Shown: one piece after another, positions 7,482 through 16,148 of the stretch | How the letters are laid out: each line of letters opens with the position of its first letter | Numbering within the stretch: the first letter of the stretch is position 1 | Assembly (NCBI GenBank): GCA_046293555.1 | Contig: JBKBOT010000005.1 | Location: forward strand, 12,559 to 38,796 | Source: Pyrobaculum sp. | Lineage (GTDB): Archaea; Thermoproteota; Thermoprotei; Thermoproteales; Thermoproteaceae | Direction of reading: 5' to 3' | Length of the DNA: 26,238 bases | The notes under the pieces: generated by a model | Databases searched by the model: none | Told to the model about the DNA's origin: nothing | The model's input: the letters and a program-made list of their open reading frames with translations, nothing else | Program-made: the position numbers and the translations under genes

Positions 7482-8082
7482 GGGCAGACTTGACAAACTC
7501 CTCTAGTTTTTTCCTGATCTCTCTTAATTCTGGCATAAGCTCTGGTGCTGCTTGTGCGAGCAACAACGCCCCTGCTAACGTCCTAATGCCTGCGGAAGCC
7601 ACCTTGACGCCACCCCATTCTACCAACACGCTACCTATCGCCATAACTCTCCCCCTGTTTTCTGCAACAACCACGGCGTCTCGGTATGGATATGCGACGT
7701 AGGTCAACGTGAGGGCGTGACCGCTGTATGGCATATATACCGCCTGTAGAAACTTCCTGACGGTAAAAGGCCCCACCTTGTCTATCAACTTGCCAAACTT
7801 AGCGCTAGCGGAGTCTATAAACCTCACGTGGTGTTTAAGCCAGCTGTAGACCTCCCTACTCTCTGGCCTATACTCCACAGTCAACACCTCCGCAAGCCCC
7901 GCCGCAAGCGTGTCGTAAAGCTCCATATAGGGCGCGAGAATGGTCGCGATTTCTCCCACGTCTATAACTCTCTCGTCGAAACCGGCGGCTGTGCGGCCCA
8001 CCGCGATGACAGAACCCTCCCTTACGATAAATGTGACCTCCTCAAAGTCTCTCCAGCTACATAGAGGTACTATAAACTCCAC
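7462..8082 (-). CDS. Hypothetical protein (206 aa)
   Basis: Long ORF with normal codon composition, divergent from rps6e; no motif recognised. Confidence 0.75.
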   Translation of the reverse strand: MEFIVPLCSWRDFEEVTFIVREGSVIAVGRTAAGFDERVIDVGEIATILAPYMELYDTLAAGLAEVLTVEYRPESREVYSWLKHHVRFIDSASAKFGKLIDKVGPFTVRKFLQAVYMPYSGHALTLTYVAYPYRDAVVVAENRGRVMAIGSVLVEWGGVKVASAGIRTLAGALLLAQAAPELMPELREIRKKLEEFVKSAPIPPCR

Positions 8083-8126
8083 GGGTGGAATGGGAAATGT
8101 TTTTAAACAACTTCCTAAGGCCCGTT

Positions 8127-8546
8127 ATGCCGACCTTTAAGTTAGTGTTGTCAGACCCCATGTCTGGGAAGGCCAGACAATTTGAGGTAAAGGACCCCCT
8201 ATCCCAGAGGTTTACTGGACTAAAAACTGGCGACGAGATTGACGCCATTGTGTTAAAAGACTTTATAGAAATTCCCAAAGGCTTTAAGATCAGGATAACT
8301 GGCGGCAGCGGGGTAGAGGGAGCTCCCATGCATTCCGGCGTGCCGGGCCCCGTGAAGAAATACATACTAGCCGAGGGGCCCCCGGGCTACCGGCCTCCAA
8401 AACGTGGGCTGAAGAAAAAGAAGCTTGTAAGAGGAAACACGGTGTCTGACTCCATAGTACAGATAAACGCAGTAGTTGTGTATCCAAAAGACCACGTAGG
8501 CCCTCCCGTAATACCGCTGGGAGTTAAAGAGGTGAAAAAAGAGTAG
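8127..8546 (+). CDS. rps6e: 30S ribosomal protein S6e
   Basis: 'FKLVLSDP..GKA', 'KIRITGGSGVEGAPM...VPG', 'GYRP...G.KKKKLVRGN...IVQINAVV'. TTTTAAA at about 8101 fits a leaderless ATG at 8127. Confidence 0.95.
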   Translation: MPTFKLVLSDPMSGKARQFEVKDPLSQRFTGLKTGDEIDAIVLKDFIEIPKGFKIRITGGSGVEGAPMHSGVPGPVKKYILAEGPPGYRPPKRGLKKKKLVRGNTVSDSIVQINAVVVYPKDHVGPPVIPLGVKEVKKE

Positions 8547-8789
8547 CTACTTGACAACTGACTTTGCCACAATTAACGTCGTGGTGCTCTTTATTTTAGA
8601 CATTTTTCGAATTTTTTCGCTAATTAGTTTTCTCAAGTTTTCTGCAGTGTCTATCTCGACTTTTATCACCAGGTCGTAGGGGCCGTAGACAACCATAGCC
8701 TCTCTGACTTCTGGCAGCTTGGCTAGAGACTCTAAAACCTCGTCTTCGGCGCCGATTTCTGTGTTTATGAATACAAACGCCTCTACCAT
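8547..8789 (-). CDS. Stand-alone Lrp/AsnC ligand-binding (RAM) domain protein
   Basis: 'AFVFINTEIG.EDEV...L..LPEV.EA..VYGPYDLVIKVE...I..IRKM..IKSTTTLI'; no HTH domain. Confidence 0.9.
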   Translation of the reverse strand: MVEAFVFINTEIGAEDEVLESLAKLPEVREAMVVYGPYDLVIKVEIDTAENLRKLISEKIRKMSKIKSTTTLIVAKSVVK

Positions 8790-8859
8790 GGGTAACTATA
8801 AGGACACTATTTAAAGCTTAGTGGGAAAAACTTAAAAACATAGCCGTAATAAAACACCG

Positions 8860-8944
8860 GCGGGGGTGCCCGAGCCAGGCCAAAGGGGCAGGGCTCAAGA
8901 CCCTGTGGCGTAGGCCTGCGTGGGTTCAAATCCCACCCCCCGCA
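8860..8944 (+). tRNA. tRNA-Leu(CAA), intronless
   Basis: Acceptor GCGGGGG/CCCCCGC; anticodon arm CAGGG-CT CAA GA-CCCTG (CAA 8896-8898); long variable arm; T arm GTGGG-TTCAAAT-CCCAC; BRE/TATA at about 8825-8838. Confidence 0.97.
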
Positions 8945-8967
8945 CCTATAACCACACACGCCTGCTT

Positions 8968-9365
8968 ATGAGGTTATAGTCCAACAGGGGGAGGCAAAAA
9001 GCGAGGTGGAAGACCCCGGGCGACCTCTGACAGAGGGGGGCGAAAGAGGCGAGAAAGGTGGCTTCTCAAAGAGGCTGGAGTTAGGGTAGATATTTCACAG
9101 CGGCAAGCTGAGAGCCCTACAGACAGCTGAAATATTTGCAGAAATGCGTAGAGATAGAAGATGGCCTCGACCCCCTCTCAGACCCCAAGGGCGAGAGGGT
9201 AGAAAAACTCACGTCAGACGTCTAGTGGGGCACCTCCCACATCTAGGCAGGCTGGTACCTGGCGGCAAAAACCGAGGAGTTAAAAATCGTTTAAATACGC
9301 GGGGGTAGCACGAGAGGGGGGCAGGTGGACAGCCATATGGGCCGTGAGATCTGAGCTGTTGCCCC
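8968..9365 (+). pseudogene. sixA: Phosphohistidine phosphatase SixA, multiply frameshifted pseudogene
   Basis: Fragments in order across frames: M R..IVQ(Q)GEAKSEVEDPGRPLTEGG; IFHSGKLRALQTAEIFAE; DGLDPLSDP; LVGHLPHLGRLV; FKYAGV; WTAIWAVRSELL. The catalytic His of the RHG-type motif reads Gln. Confidence 0.85.
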
Positions 9366-9451
9366 CCGGCGATGCAAGCCGCCGGCAGGGAACCCCGCGG
9401 GGCTAAGGCGTTGATTACGCCGAACTCGCCTTTCGCCACATGTCTGGCGTG

Positions 9452-11221
9452 TTAGCGTTTACGGAGTTTGAGATATTCCTCGAGAGTTTTTAGCTCGTCT
9501 TCTCTAAGGTACTGCCTATATCGGAATATCCACTGCCGTGTCTGTTCCTCTGGGATTTGTACATATAGCGTGTCTCCCTCCCGTATCTGGCGGCCTATCA
9601 TCACGTCGCCTTGTATGGAGATGGCCACCTCGTCGCCGGCGGTAGCCTCGTTGACAGGCTTGCCGTGTTTTTGTATCTGCATAACTCTGCCCACCTCCCT
9701 TCCGTCTTTAACTAACGTCACGCCGGGCTTGATGGTGCCTGCAAGCACCTTGACGCCAACTATGGCCGGGTTGCTACGTCTAAACACAAAGCCGGGGAGT
9801 ATCTGTATCTTACCGGGCCTGGCCATTTGGGAGAGTACCTGCTCGATAGACTTGGCCTTCACCTCCTGGGCCCACTTCATGTATTCATCAAATATGCGGT
9901 ATAGTATGTCCCCCCTAACTATCTTGATCTGTGTAGACATGGCCTCTTTTTCTACCTCAGGCGGTATCTTCACATTAAAGGCCAACACCACGCCGTAGGT
10001 GGGGTCTTTCCTCCTGCTTAACGTCGCCTCCACGATGTCTTTATGCGTTGGGGGCCCCACATCTGCCTTCCTCACGGGGACCCCCTGTTGCCTCAAAAAC
10101 AGCACGATGCTTTCCAACGTGCCGAAGGTATCCGCCCTGACTATTACCCCCTCTCTGTCAGACTCTATTTTTATCTCGGCGAGTTCCTCACTTACGTCTC
10201 TAAGCGCCGTGGGGAGCTCCTGTGGGTCCCATATGGCCAACAGGGGGGCTCCCGCCACCACGCCCTCTAGCCCCTCGGCCACTATGCGCACGCCCGCCGC
10301 CGCCTTGACTTCCTCCACAGCCATGTAGCGGTCTTCTGGGTCTCTCATCTCCTCCAGCGGCTTTGGCATTATTAACATCTTGACTCTTGTCTCTCTAGGC
10401 CCGTCTACCCCCGCGGTGACAATCACGTCGCCCTTTCTTAACCTCCCGTCGTAGATAATTACGTCTGCCACCGTACCGAGACCCCTCTCTTCTTTCACCT
10501 CCATCACCACCCCCCTGCCGGGGCCGTCCCCCACCTGAAGTCTCTCTCGTGAGAGAAACCTCTGGCTGACGCCAGCCAAGACCAGCAGGAGGTCTGCAAC
10601 GCCCTCGCCGGTGACGGCGCTTGTGGGGACTATGGGCACCTGTCTAGAGAAGTCTCTAACCCTGTCGTATCTATCTGCCTCCACGCCTAGGCGGAGCAGC
10701 TGGTCTGACAGCCTGCCGACTAGCTCCTCTAGGGTCGCCGCCGCGTGCCACTCCTGCCCCTCTACAGCCGCTAGGAACGGCCTGTTTTCTACAGACTTCC
10801 AGCCGTATATCCTGTCCAGCTTATTTGCGGCAATGACGTAGGGCACCCCCCTGTTTTGTATCAACTTGAGCGACTCCACGCCCTGGTCCTCAAGCCCGGA
10901 GGTTATGTCTACTACCAACACCGCGAGGTCGGCCACAGAGCCGCCCCTCTTGCGGAGGTTGGCAAACGCCGCGTGTCCCGGCGTGTCTATAAAGAGGAAG
11001 CCAGGTATCCACACCTTCCCCCGGAGCTTAAGTCTGTCCACTAGAGGCGCGGCGAATTTCTCCACGGCATGCCAGGGGACTAGAGACATGCCGATATGTT
11101 GTGTGATCATGCCGGGTTCCCTATATGCCACAGACGTGCCTCTAATCTTGTCTAGCAATAGGGTCTTCCCCACGTCTACGTGGCCCATAACCACCACGAA
11201 TGGCGAGCGGACGTGAGACAT
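9452..11221 (-). CDS. infB: Translation initiation factor aIF5B (IF-2)
   Basis: '[16 protein letters not shown]', 'ITQHIG', '[21 protein letters not shown]', 'NKLD', '[22 protein letters not shown]'. Real start ATG 11221. Confidence 0.97.
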   Translation of the reverse strand: MSHVRSPFVVVMGHVDVGKTLLLDKIRGTSVAYREPGMITQHIGMSLVPWHAVEKFAAPLVDRLKLRGKVWIPGFLFIDTPGHAAFANLRKRGGSVADLAVLVVDITSGLEDQGVESLKLIQNRGVPYVIAANKLDRIYGWKSVENRPFLAAVEGQEWHAAATLEELVGRLSDQLLRLGVEADRYDRVRDFSRQVPIVPTSAVTGEGVADLLLVLAGVSQRFLSRERLQVGDGPGRGVVMEVKEERGLGTVADVIIYDGRLRKGDVIVTAGVDGPRETRVKMLIMPKPLEEMRDPEDRYMAVEEVKAAAGVRIVAEGLEGVVAGAPLLAIWDPQELPTALRDVSEELAEIKIESDREGVIVRADTFGTLESIVLFLRQQGVPVRKADVGPPTHKDIVEATLSRRKDPTYGVVLAFNVKIPPEVEKEAMSTQIKIVRGDILYRIFDEYMKWAQEVKAKSIEQVLSQMARPGKIQILPGFVFRRSNPAIVGVKVLAGTIKPGVTLVKDGREVGRVMQIQKHGKPVNEATAGDEVAISIQGDVMIGRQIREGDTLYVQIPEEQTRQWIFRYRQYLREDELKTLEEYLKLRKR

Positions 11222-11273
11222 ATGTTGTCCGGGGCCTCTATTAAAAAATTTATAGATGTGACGCGGTGTCCAC

Positions 11274-11453
11274 GTGGCGGAGGAGATCCTAAATAGGGAA
11301 TATGAGGTGGAGGTAGAGGGGAGGAGGTACATCCTCAAGCCCGTAAAGGCGTGGGTCCTCCAGCCCCCCGGAAGGCCGGGCGTCGTGGTGGCGCAGTTTC
11401 AGCTTCCAGACGGCAGGACTGTGAGAAAAGTTATAATGCGTCTACCGCCGTGA
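11274..11453 (+). CDS. creN7: Chromatin protein Cren7 (59 aa; absent from ORF track)
   Basis: [59 protein letters not shown], with the Cren7 'L.P.K.W.L.P.G+.GV..A.F..P.G+..R' signature. GTG start preceded by GGTG. Confidence 0.92.
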   Translation: MAEEILNREYEVEVEGRRYILKPVKAWVLQPPGRPGVVVAQFQLPDGRTVRKVIMRLPP

Positions 11454-11822
11454 TTCAGTAAGGGCGTTTATAAGCATCCTGATTGTGACGTGTGAACGCT
11501 CTAGCGACTTCTCCAGCGCAGAAATTATCTCCAGCTCTATGGGGGTCTTGGCCCCCTCACGTAGTTTTCTCACCTCGGCCAGGTGCCGTTGGTAATGTGC
11601 ACACATGTCCTCCAGCGCCTTTATTACCTCCCCCAAGGGCCTTTTCTCCACGCCCTCGAGAGAGATGTCTGGCACCGCCAAGACGTCTAGTAGCCTTATC
11701 CTCAGGTAGGTCTCCCTAATTATCCCGTCTATAAACTCCTTTAGGTATTCAGACTCGACGGCAGATTTAAGCTGGGCTAGCTCCACAAGGTGGCGAAGCT
11801 CTTCGCCCAACACGCCGGCCAT
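11442..11822 (-). CDS. Hypothetical all-helical protein (126 aa)
   Basis: [18 protein letters not shown]... The track's extension to 12089 overlaps the CBS gene and is rejected. Confidence 0.75.
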   Translation of the reverse strand: MAGVLGEELRHLVELAQLKSAVESEYLKEFIDGIIRETYLRIRLLDVLAVPDISLEGVEKRPLGEVIKALEDMCAHYQRHLAEVRKLREGAKTPIELEIISALEKSLERSHVTIRMLINALTESRR

Positions 11823-11868
11823 ATACACGCCGACGTGAAGATATATAACTTTTCCCCCAATCTGGACT

Positions 11869-12294
11869 ATGATTGGAGATTTTGTAAAAACAGATGTGGT
11901 AAAAGCCCTCCCCACTACCCCCATTAGAGAGGTGGCGAGACTCATGTGGGAAAAAAGGGTGGGGCTTGTGGTGTTGGTATCTCCAGAGGACCTATATAGA
12001 GTGGTGGGGGTGGTGTCCGAGCGGGATGTAGTAAGGGCGGCGGCCCACGACGTGGATCTAGACGCCCCCTGCGACGTGATTGCCACCAAAAACGTGATAG
12101 CTCTAGACTATAGAGACGGCGTGTGGAAAGCTGCGGAGATGTTCAGAAGATATGGAATTAGACATGTGGTGGTGACGAGAGAGGGGAGGCTATACGGCGT
12201 GTTGTCCATAAGGGATTTTATCAAAGAGGGGAAGATATTGGGCGAGCTGGCTAGTTACTACGAGTGGACTTTTGAGCCCGGGATGTCTGCGTGA
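11869..12294 (+). CDS. CBS-domain pair protein
   Basis: 'TPIREVARLMWEKRVGLVV...VGVVSERDV' and 'KAAEMFRRYGIRHVVV...LYGVLSIRD'. Confidence 0.92.
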   Translation: MIGDFVKTDVVKALPTTPIREVARLMWEKRVGLVVLVSPEDLYRVVGVVSERDVVRAAAHDVDLDAPCDVIATKNVIALDYRDGVWKAAEMFRRYGIRHVVVTREGRLYGVLSIRDFIKEGKILGELASYYEWTFEPGMSA

Positions 12295-12295
12295 C

Positions 12296-13255
12296 ATGTG
12301 GGCCAAGGTCTTGGGGCTAGGCCCCGCGGGGTCGGCTTTTTTGGCGGCTTACCGTAAGGCATATGGCGTAGATTTATCCCGGCGCTATTTTAAAGCATGT
12401 GGGGAGGCAGTGCCGGTAGAAACCCCGCTGGTGGATTTAAGATATGTGGTAGACAGGGTGAGGAAATTCAAGTTCTACCTCTGGAGGAGAGAGGTGGGCG
12501 AGGTGACGTATACAAAACCCCGTTGGCATATTGTAGACAAGCAGCGGTGGGTAGAATCGCTCCGCCCCCCGGAGCCTCTAGGGGAGAGCCACGAGATATT
12601 AGTCAAAGCGGGGGGCCCCTACCAGAGCCACGGCGTTAAGATCACAGTGGCTAGGGCGTATGTGAGCGGCGTCAAGATGGAGGAAGAGACCGCCCATTTT
12701 ATCTATCCAGAAGATGCGGTGGGGTTTTACTGGGTGTTTCCACATGGCTCTATCTACAACGTGGGGGGCGGGTTTTTGGGGGTAGAAAACCCGGTGCCTT
12801 ACGTCAGGGCCTTTGTGGAGAGGTGGCTGGGGGGAGGCACTGTGGTGGAGATAAGGGGGGCCCCGTTGACTATAGCGCCGAGAGTTATCCTCCACGACGG
12901 GGAGGGCTTTCGGATAGGTGAGGCCGCCGGCCTTGTCTACCCCCTCACGGGGGAGGGCATCAGGCCCGGAGTGCTTTCAGCCCTGGCGTTAGCCAGGGCG
13001 CTCTCCACAAAAAAGCCCCTAGAGGCCTACAGGAGGCAGATAGAGGCTGTGGCTAGGCAGGTGGAGTTTCAAAAACGTCTCCTCTCCCTCGCCAAGAGGC
13101 TTCTAGAAAAGAGGAGGATGGCCATCCTGGAGCTGGCAGATGACGGGGTGTTGAGGAGATACATTGAGGAGAACCTTTCTGCCAGGGTGTTGCTTGCCGC
13201 CCTGGCTAAAAGGCCGGTAGAGGGGGCCAGGCTGGTCGCAGCATTGCTTAAATAG
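12296..13255 (+). CDS. FAD-dependent oxidoreductase, geranylgeranyl reductase-like
   Basis: 'GLGPAGSA', 'KACGEA', 'GFYWVFP', 'IGEAAGLVYPLTGEGIRPG'. Confidence 0.85.
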   Translation: MWAKVLGLGPAGSAFLAAYRKAYGVDLSRRYFKACGEAVPVETPLVDLRYVVDRVRKFKFYLWRREVGEVTYTKPRWHIVDKQRWVESLRPPEPLGESHEILVKAGGPYQSHGVKITVARAYVSGVKMEEETAHFIYPEDAVGFYWVFPHGSIYNVGGGFLGVENPVPYVRAFVERWLGGGTVVEIRGAPLTIAPRVILHDGEGFRIGEAAGLVYPLTGEGIRPGVLSALALARALSTKKPLEAYRRQIEAVARQVEFQKRLLSLAKRLLEKRRMAILELADDGVLRRYIEENLSARVLLAALAKRPVEGARLVAALLK

Positions 13256-13308
13256 TCAGCGGCCTATGTCCACGTCATTTTTCCGGAGACCCGAGTTCTT
13301 CATCACAT
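13254..13308 (-). ncRNA. C/D box 2'-O-methylation guide sRNA
   Basis: Minus strand: C box GTGATGA (13306-13300), AGAACTCGGGTCTC, D' CGGA, AAA, C' ATGACGT, GGACATAGGCCG, D box CTGA (13259-13256). Canonical spacing; intergenic. Confidence 0.85.
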
Positions 13309-13337
13309 GTTAAAGATTTTTAGCTAAGCTAATTTAC

Positions 13338-14192
13338 ATGACTTTTACCGCCCTCCTCCTTGTATCTCTGGCGGTCTTGGCGGCGGTGTCGCCACTATAC
13401 TTCAAGAGGCAGGTGGGGGCGCCTCCCGTCTCTATATCTCCCTATGTCTACGGCGAAGACGTGGGCGCCACTCTACATAACCTTGCGGTGTTTTTTATAC
13501 TTCTTACTACTGCCACAGTCTTTGTGTATGCACTCTTTTCGAGAGGGAAGGCGCTACGTCTATTTCTCTACTTCGCGTGGTTTGTACTATCTACTGGAGT
13601 CCTCCAGTTCTACGCAGTTATTTACTACTGGAGTGGCCTCCTGTCTGAAGAGAGGGCGGTGTGGCTCATATGGGCCTCGCTACCTCTAGGGGGCCTCGTG
13701 GTGTATCTGGTATATAGAAAGACGGGTGACCTCCTTCTGGGTCTTCTCGGCTCTCTGGCCGGCGGCATGTTTGTCTGGCTGCTGCCAGGTATGACCATAG
13801 TGGCGCTTCTATTCGCGTTGCCCATATACGACTACCTTATGGTTGCCCACGGCCTTTTAGGCAAGTTGGTTAAAAAGACGAAAGAGGCCGCCGTCCAGAA
13901 GGGGGGCAGGGGGGATACCCCACTTCTGGGGTTTGTAGTTAGGCTAAACAACCTGTCGCTAGGTGTGGGAGACTTTGTGATATACTCCATGGCCTTAACT
14001 CTGGTAGCTATGAATTTTACAAAACTTGGCGTATTTATCTCACTGGCCTCTATAGCTATAGGCATCGCCTGTATATATATAGGCCTCCGCCTAACTGTCG
14101 AGATTTTTCTCAAACGTTGGGGGTACGGCCCGGCGTTGCCCTTCCCAATACTCGCGTTATCTCCCCTAATTGTCGCGACTTGGCTGATATAA
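13338..14192 (+). CDS. Presenilin/signal-peptide-peptidase family intramembrane aspartyl protease (GxGD)
   Basis: Multi-TM with 'IYD', 'LGVGDF' and 'GPALPF' motifs in the canonical order. Confidence 0.88.
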   Translation: MTFTALLLVSLAVLAAVSPLYFKRQVGAPPVSISPYVYGEDVGATLHNLAVFFILLTTATVFVYALFSRGKALRLFLYFAWFVLSTGVLQFYAVIYYWSGLLSEERAVWLIWASLPLGGLVVYLVYRKTGDLLLGLLGSLAGGMFVWLLPGMTIVALLFALPIYDYLMVAHGLLGKLVKKTKEAAVQKGGRGDTPLLGFVVRLNNLSLGVGDFVIYSMALTLVAMNFTKLGVFISLASIAIGIACIYIGLRLTVEIFLKRWGYGPALPFPILALSPLIVATWLI

Positions 14193-14214
14193 ATACTGGC
14201 GGGAAGTTGGCGAT

Positions 14215-14778
14215 ATGTTTAACGTAAAAAAGCTCTACGAGGAGCTTAGGCGGTATGAAAACGCCAGAGAGGAGGCCATACAGACTTCCATCAAGGCGGC
14301 GAGGCTCTCCAAGGCTGTGGTCTACTCCGCCATCAGGCGGGATTTTGAAGCTGCAGAAAAGGCCTTGAGGGAGCTGGAGAAGGTGGCAGAGGCGTTAAAG
14401 AAGGTACTTGAACAGTGGCCCATGTTTTATAGCAACGCCTCCACTGGCCTACAGGAGTATGTAGAGGCAGCCACGTTGTTTTATTTCTTAAAGGAGGGGA
14501 GAGTGCCCCCAAGAGAGGAGCTGGGGGTCGACGTCTATATCTACCTCATGGGTGTCGCAGAGGTGGCGGGCGAGCTGGGGCGGGCGGCTACAGAGGGGCT
14601 ATTACGTGGAGATGTAGATACAGCCAGGAGGCTTAAAGAGGCTGTAGAACGTCTTTATCTAGACCTATTGGCACTAGAGCCAAGAGATTTCGAGCTTAGG
14701 AAAAAGGTGGATTACGTGGGGTCGCAGGCCAACTGGATTTCAGAAAAGCTCTTTTACGCAACTACATGTAAAAATTAA
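14215..14778 (+). CDS. Translin/Trax (C3PO) family protein
   Basis: 'REEAIQ.S....RLSK', 'GLQEYVEA', 'YLMGVAEVAGELGR', 'ELRKKVD'. Confidence 0.9.
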   Translation: MFNVKKLYEELRRYENAREEAIQTSIKAARLSKAVVYSAIRRDFEAAEKALRELEKVAEALKKVLEQWPMFYSNASTGLQEYVEAATLFYFLKEGRVPPREELGVDVYIYLMGVAEVAGELGRAATEGLLRGDVDTARRLKEAVERLYLDLLALEPRDFELRKKVDYVGSQANWISEKLFYATTCKN

Positions 14779-14799
14779 ATACTGTACCTATTTTGACTT

Positions 14800-14904
14800 G
14801 TGTATGTAAAGAAATTACTCGAGACGTTACAGATCTCTTCTAGCGAGACAGAAGAGGTGGAGAAGCTTGTAGAAAAGATCCTAGAGGGGCTCCAGCTGGT
14901 ATGA
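14800..14904 (+). CDS. 34-aa small protein coupled to the amidase; candidate GatC/AtzG-like subunit (absent from ORF track)
   Basis: GTG start; MYVKKLLETLQISSSETEEVEKLVEKILEGLQLV*. Its stop overlaps the amidase start (ATGA 14901-14904); AAAAATTAAATA about 20-30 nt upstream. Confidence 0.7.
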   Translation: MYVKKLLETLQISSSETEEVEKLVEKILEGLQLV

Positions 14905-16097
14905 ATATAGCACAGAAAGTAGAGGAGGCCAAGAGGTCTACCTACAACTATTTCCTCTACATAAACAAGAGGGCGGCGGAAGAGGTGGAGGCGTTGAGAA
15001 AAGTGGGGAGATGTGGAAAGCTATGTGGCGTCCTGCTGGCCGTAAAAGACAACATAGAGGTGGCAGGCATGCCGATTACCAACGGGGCTCCCTACATGCA
15101 GAAAATTGCCGAAAATACAGCCGCGGCGGTGTCCATGTTTTTAGCCGAAGGCGCCGTGGTTTTAGGGAAGACAAATATGCACGAGCTGGCGTTGGGGGTG
15201 ACAAACATAAATCCCCACTTTGGCCCTACTAAAAACCCCCATGACCCCACGTTGATCACCGGCGGGTCTAGCGGCGGGAGTGCAGGCGCCGTGGCTATAG
15301 GTGTAGCGGATTTAGGTATTGGCACAGACACTGGCGGCTCTGTGAGAATCCCCGCGGCGTTATGCGGCGTGGTGGGCTACAAGCCGCCTTACGGCAGGTT
15401 GCCCACAGATGGGGTAATCCCCCTGGCGCCCACTCTAGACCACGTGGGGTTTATCACGAGGACTGTGGGAGACATGTTGGACATATTGTCTGTAGTGAGG
15501 CTGGCACCTACAGAGCTACAGAGGCCGAAACGGTTTAGATTCGCCATCTTGATGGGTGTGACAGAAAACACTAGACATGTGGAAAAGGCCTTCTGGAAGG
15601 CCGTAGAGAGGCTGGAGGCCATCGGGGGAGCTAGAGACGAGTTGTTTCTAGAGACCTACAGATATTCGGCGGCTAGGGCGGCAATCCTCCTCTCCGAGGC
15701 GGCCGCAAGTTACTACCACCTGCTGAGGGGGGCCGGGGGCCACATGGGGAAAGATGTCTCCACGTTGTTAAGCGCGGGCGTCGCCCTGCCGGCTGTGGCC
15801 TACATAACCGCAATGAGAGTTAAAGAAGAGGTTACAGACTTTTTTAACACGTTGTTTAAGAAATACGACGTGATAGTATCGCCAACTACAGCCACGGAGG
15901 CTGTCCCCATAGAGGAGGCCTCACATCTGGCAGTTAGACCTAAGCTCCTGGCGTATACAGAGCTTTACAACCTGACGGGCCACCCGGCCATAACTGTACC
16001 CGCCCCCACCGGGGGACTCCCGGTGGGGCTACAGATAGCCGCAAGAGACGAGGAGGCCCTGTTTACAATCGCCAAGGCTTATGAAGAGGGTCCGTGA
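14901..16097 (+). CDS. Amidase signature family protein
   Basis: 'AVKDNI', 'GKTNMHE', 'GGSSGGSA', 'GTDTGGSVRIPAALCGVVGYKP', 'GLPVGLQI'. Confidence 0.94.
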   Translation: MNIAQKVEEAKRSTYNYFLYINKRAAEEVEALRKVGRCGKLCGVLLAVKDNIEVAGMPITNGAPYMQKIAENTAAAVSMFLAEGAVVLGKTNMHELALGVTNINPHFGPTKNPHDPTLITGGSSGGSAGAVAIGVADLGIGTDTGGSVRIPAALCGVVGYKPPYGRLPTDGVIPLAPTLDHVGFITRTVGDMLDILSVVRLAPTELQRPKRFRFAILMGVTENTRHVEKAFWKAVERLEAIGGARDELFLETYRYSAARAAILLSEAAASYYHLLRGAGGHMGKDVSTLLSAGVALPAVAYITAMRVKEEVTDFFNTLFKKYDVIVSPTTATEAVPIEEASHLAVRPKLLAYTELYNLTGHPAITVPAPTGGLPVGLQIAARDEEALFTIAKAYEEGP

Positions 16098-16148
16098 TAA
16101 AATTTTTAAACGTGTCACAAAAGTGAGACGCCCCGGACGTCGCGGGGA

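Noticed and set aside
9209-9439. Track ORF 76 aa (-)
   Set aside because: Mostly antisense to the sixA remnant with a Pro/Cys/Arg-rich, non-protein-like tail; not called as an intact gene.
8860-9451. Possible integrated element at the tRNA-Leu 3' end
   Set aside because: No integrase and no duplicated tRNA 3' end seen; the downstream DNA is a sixA pseudogene.
9468-11216. Several long plus-strand ORFs opposite infB (also those opposite tpiA, FAH, ccdA, tatA and GT2)
   Set aside because: Ser/Thr/Pro-rich antisense shadows of well-supported genes.
11222-11338. Extended infB N-terminus
   Set aside because: Overlaps the Cren7 gene and the divergent promoter; aIF5B homology begins at MSHVRSP.
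14901-16097. Calling the amidase gatA
   Set aside because: Shorter than typical GatA, lacks a recognisable 'SNLARYDG'-type segment, and has no adjacent gatB.
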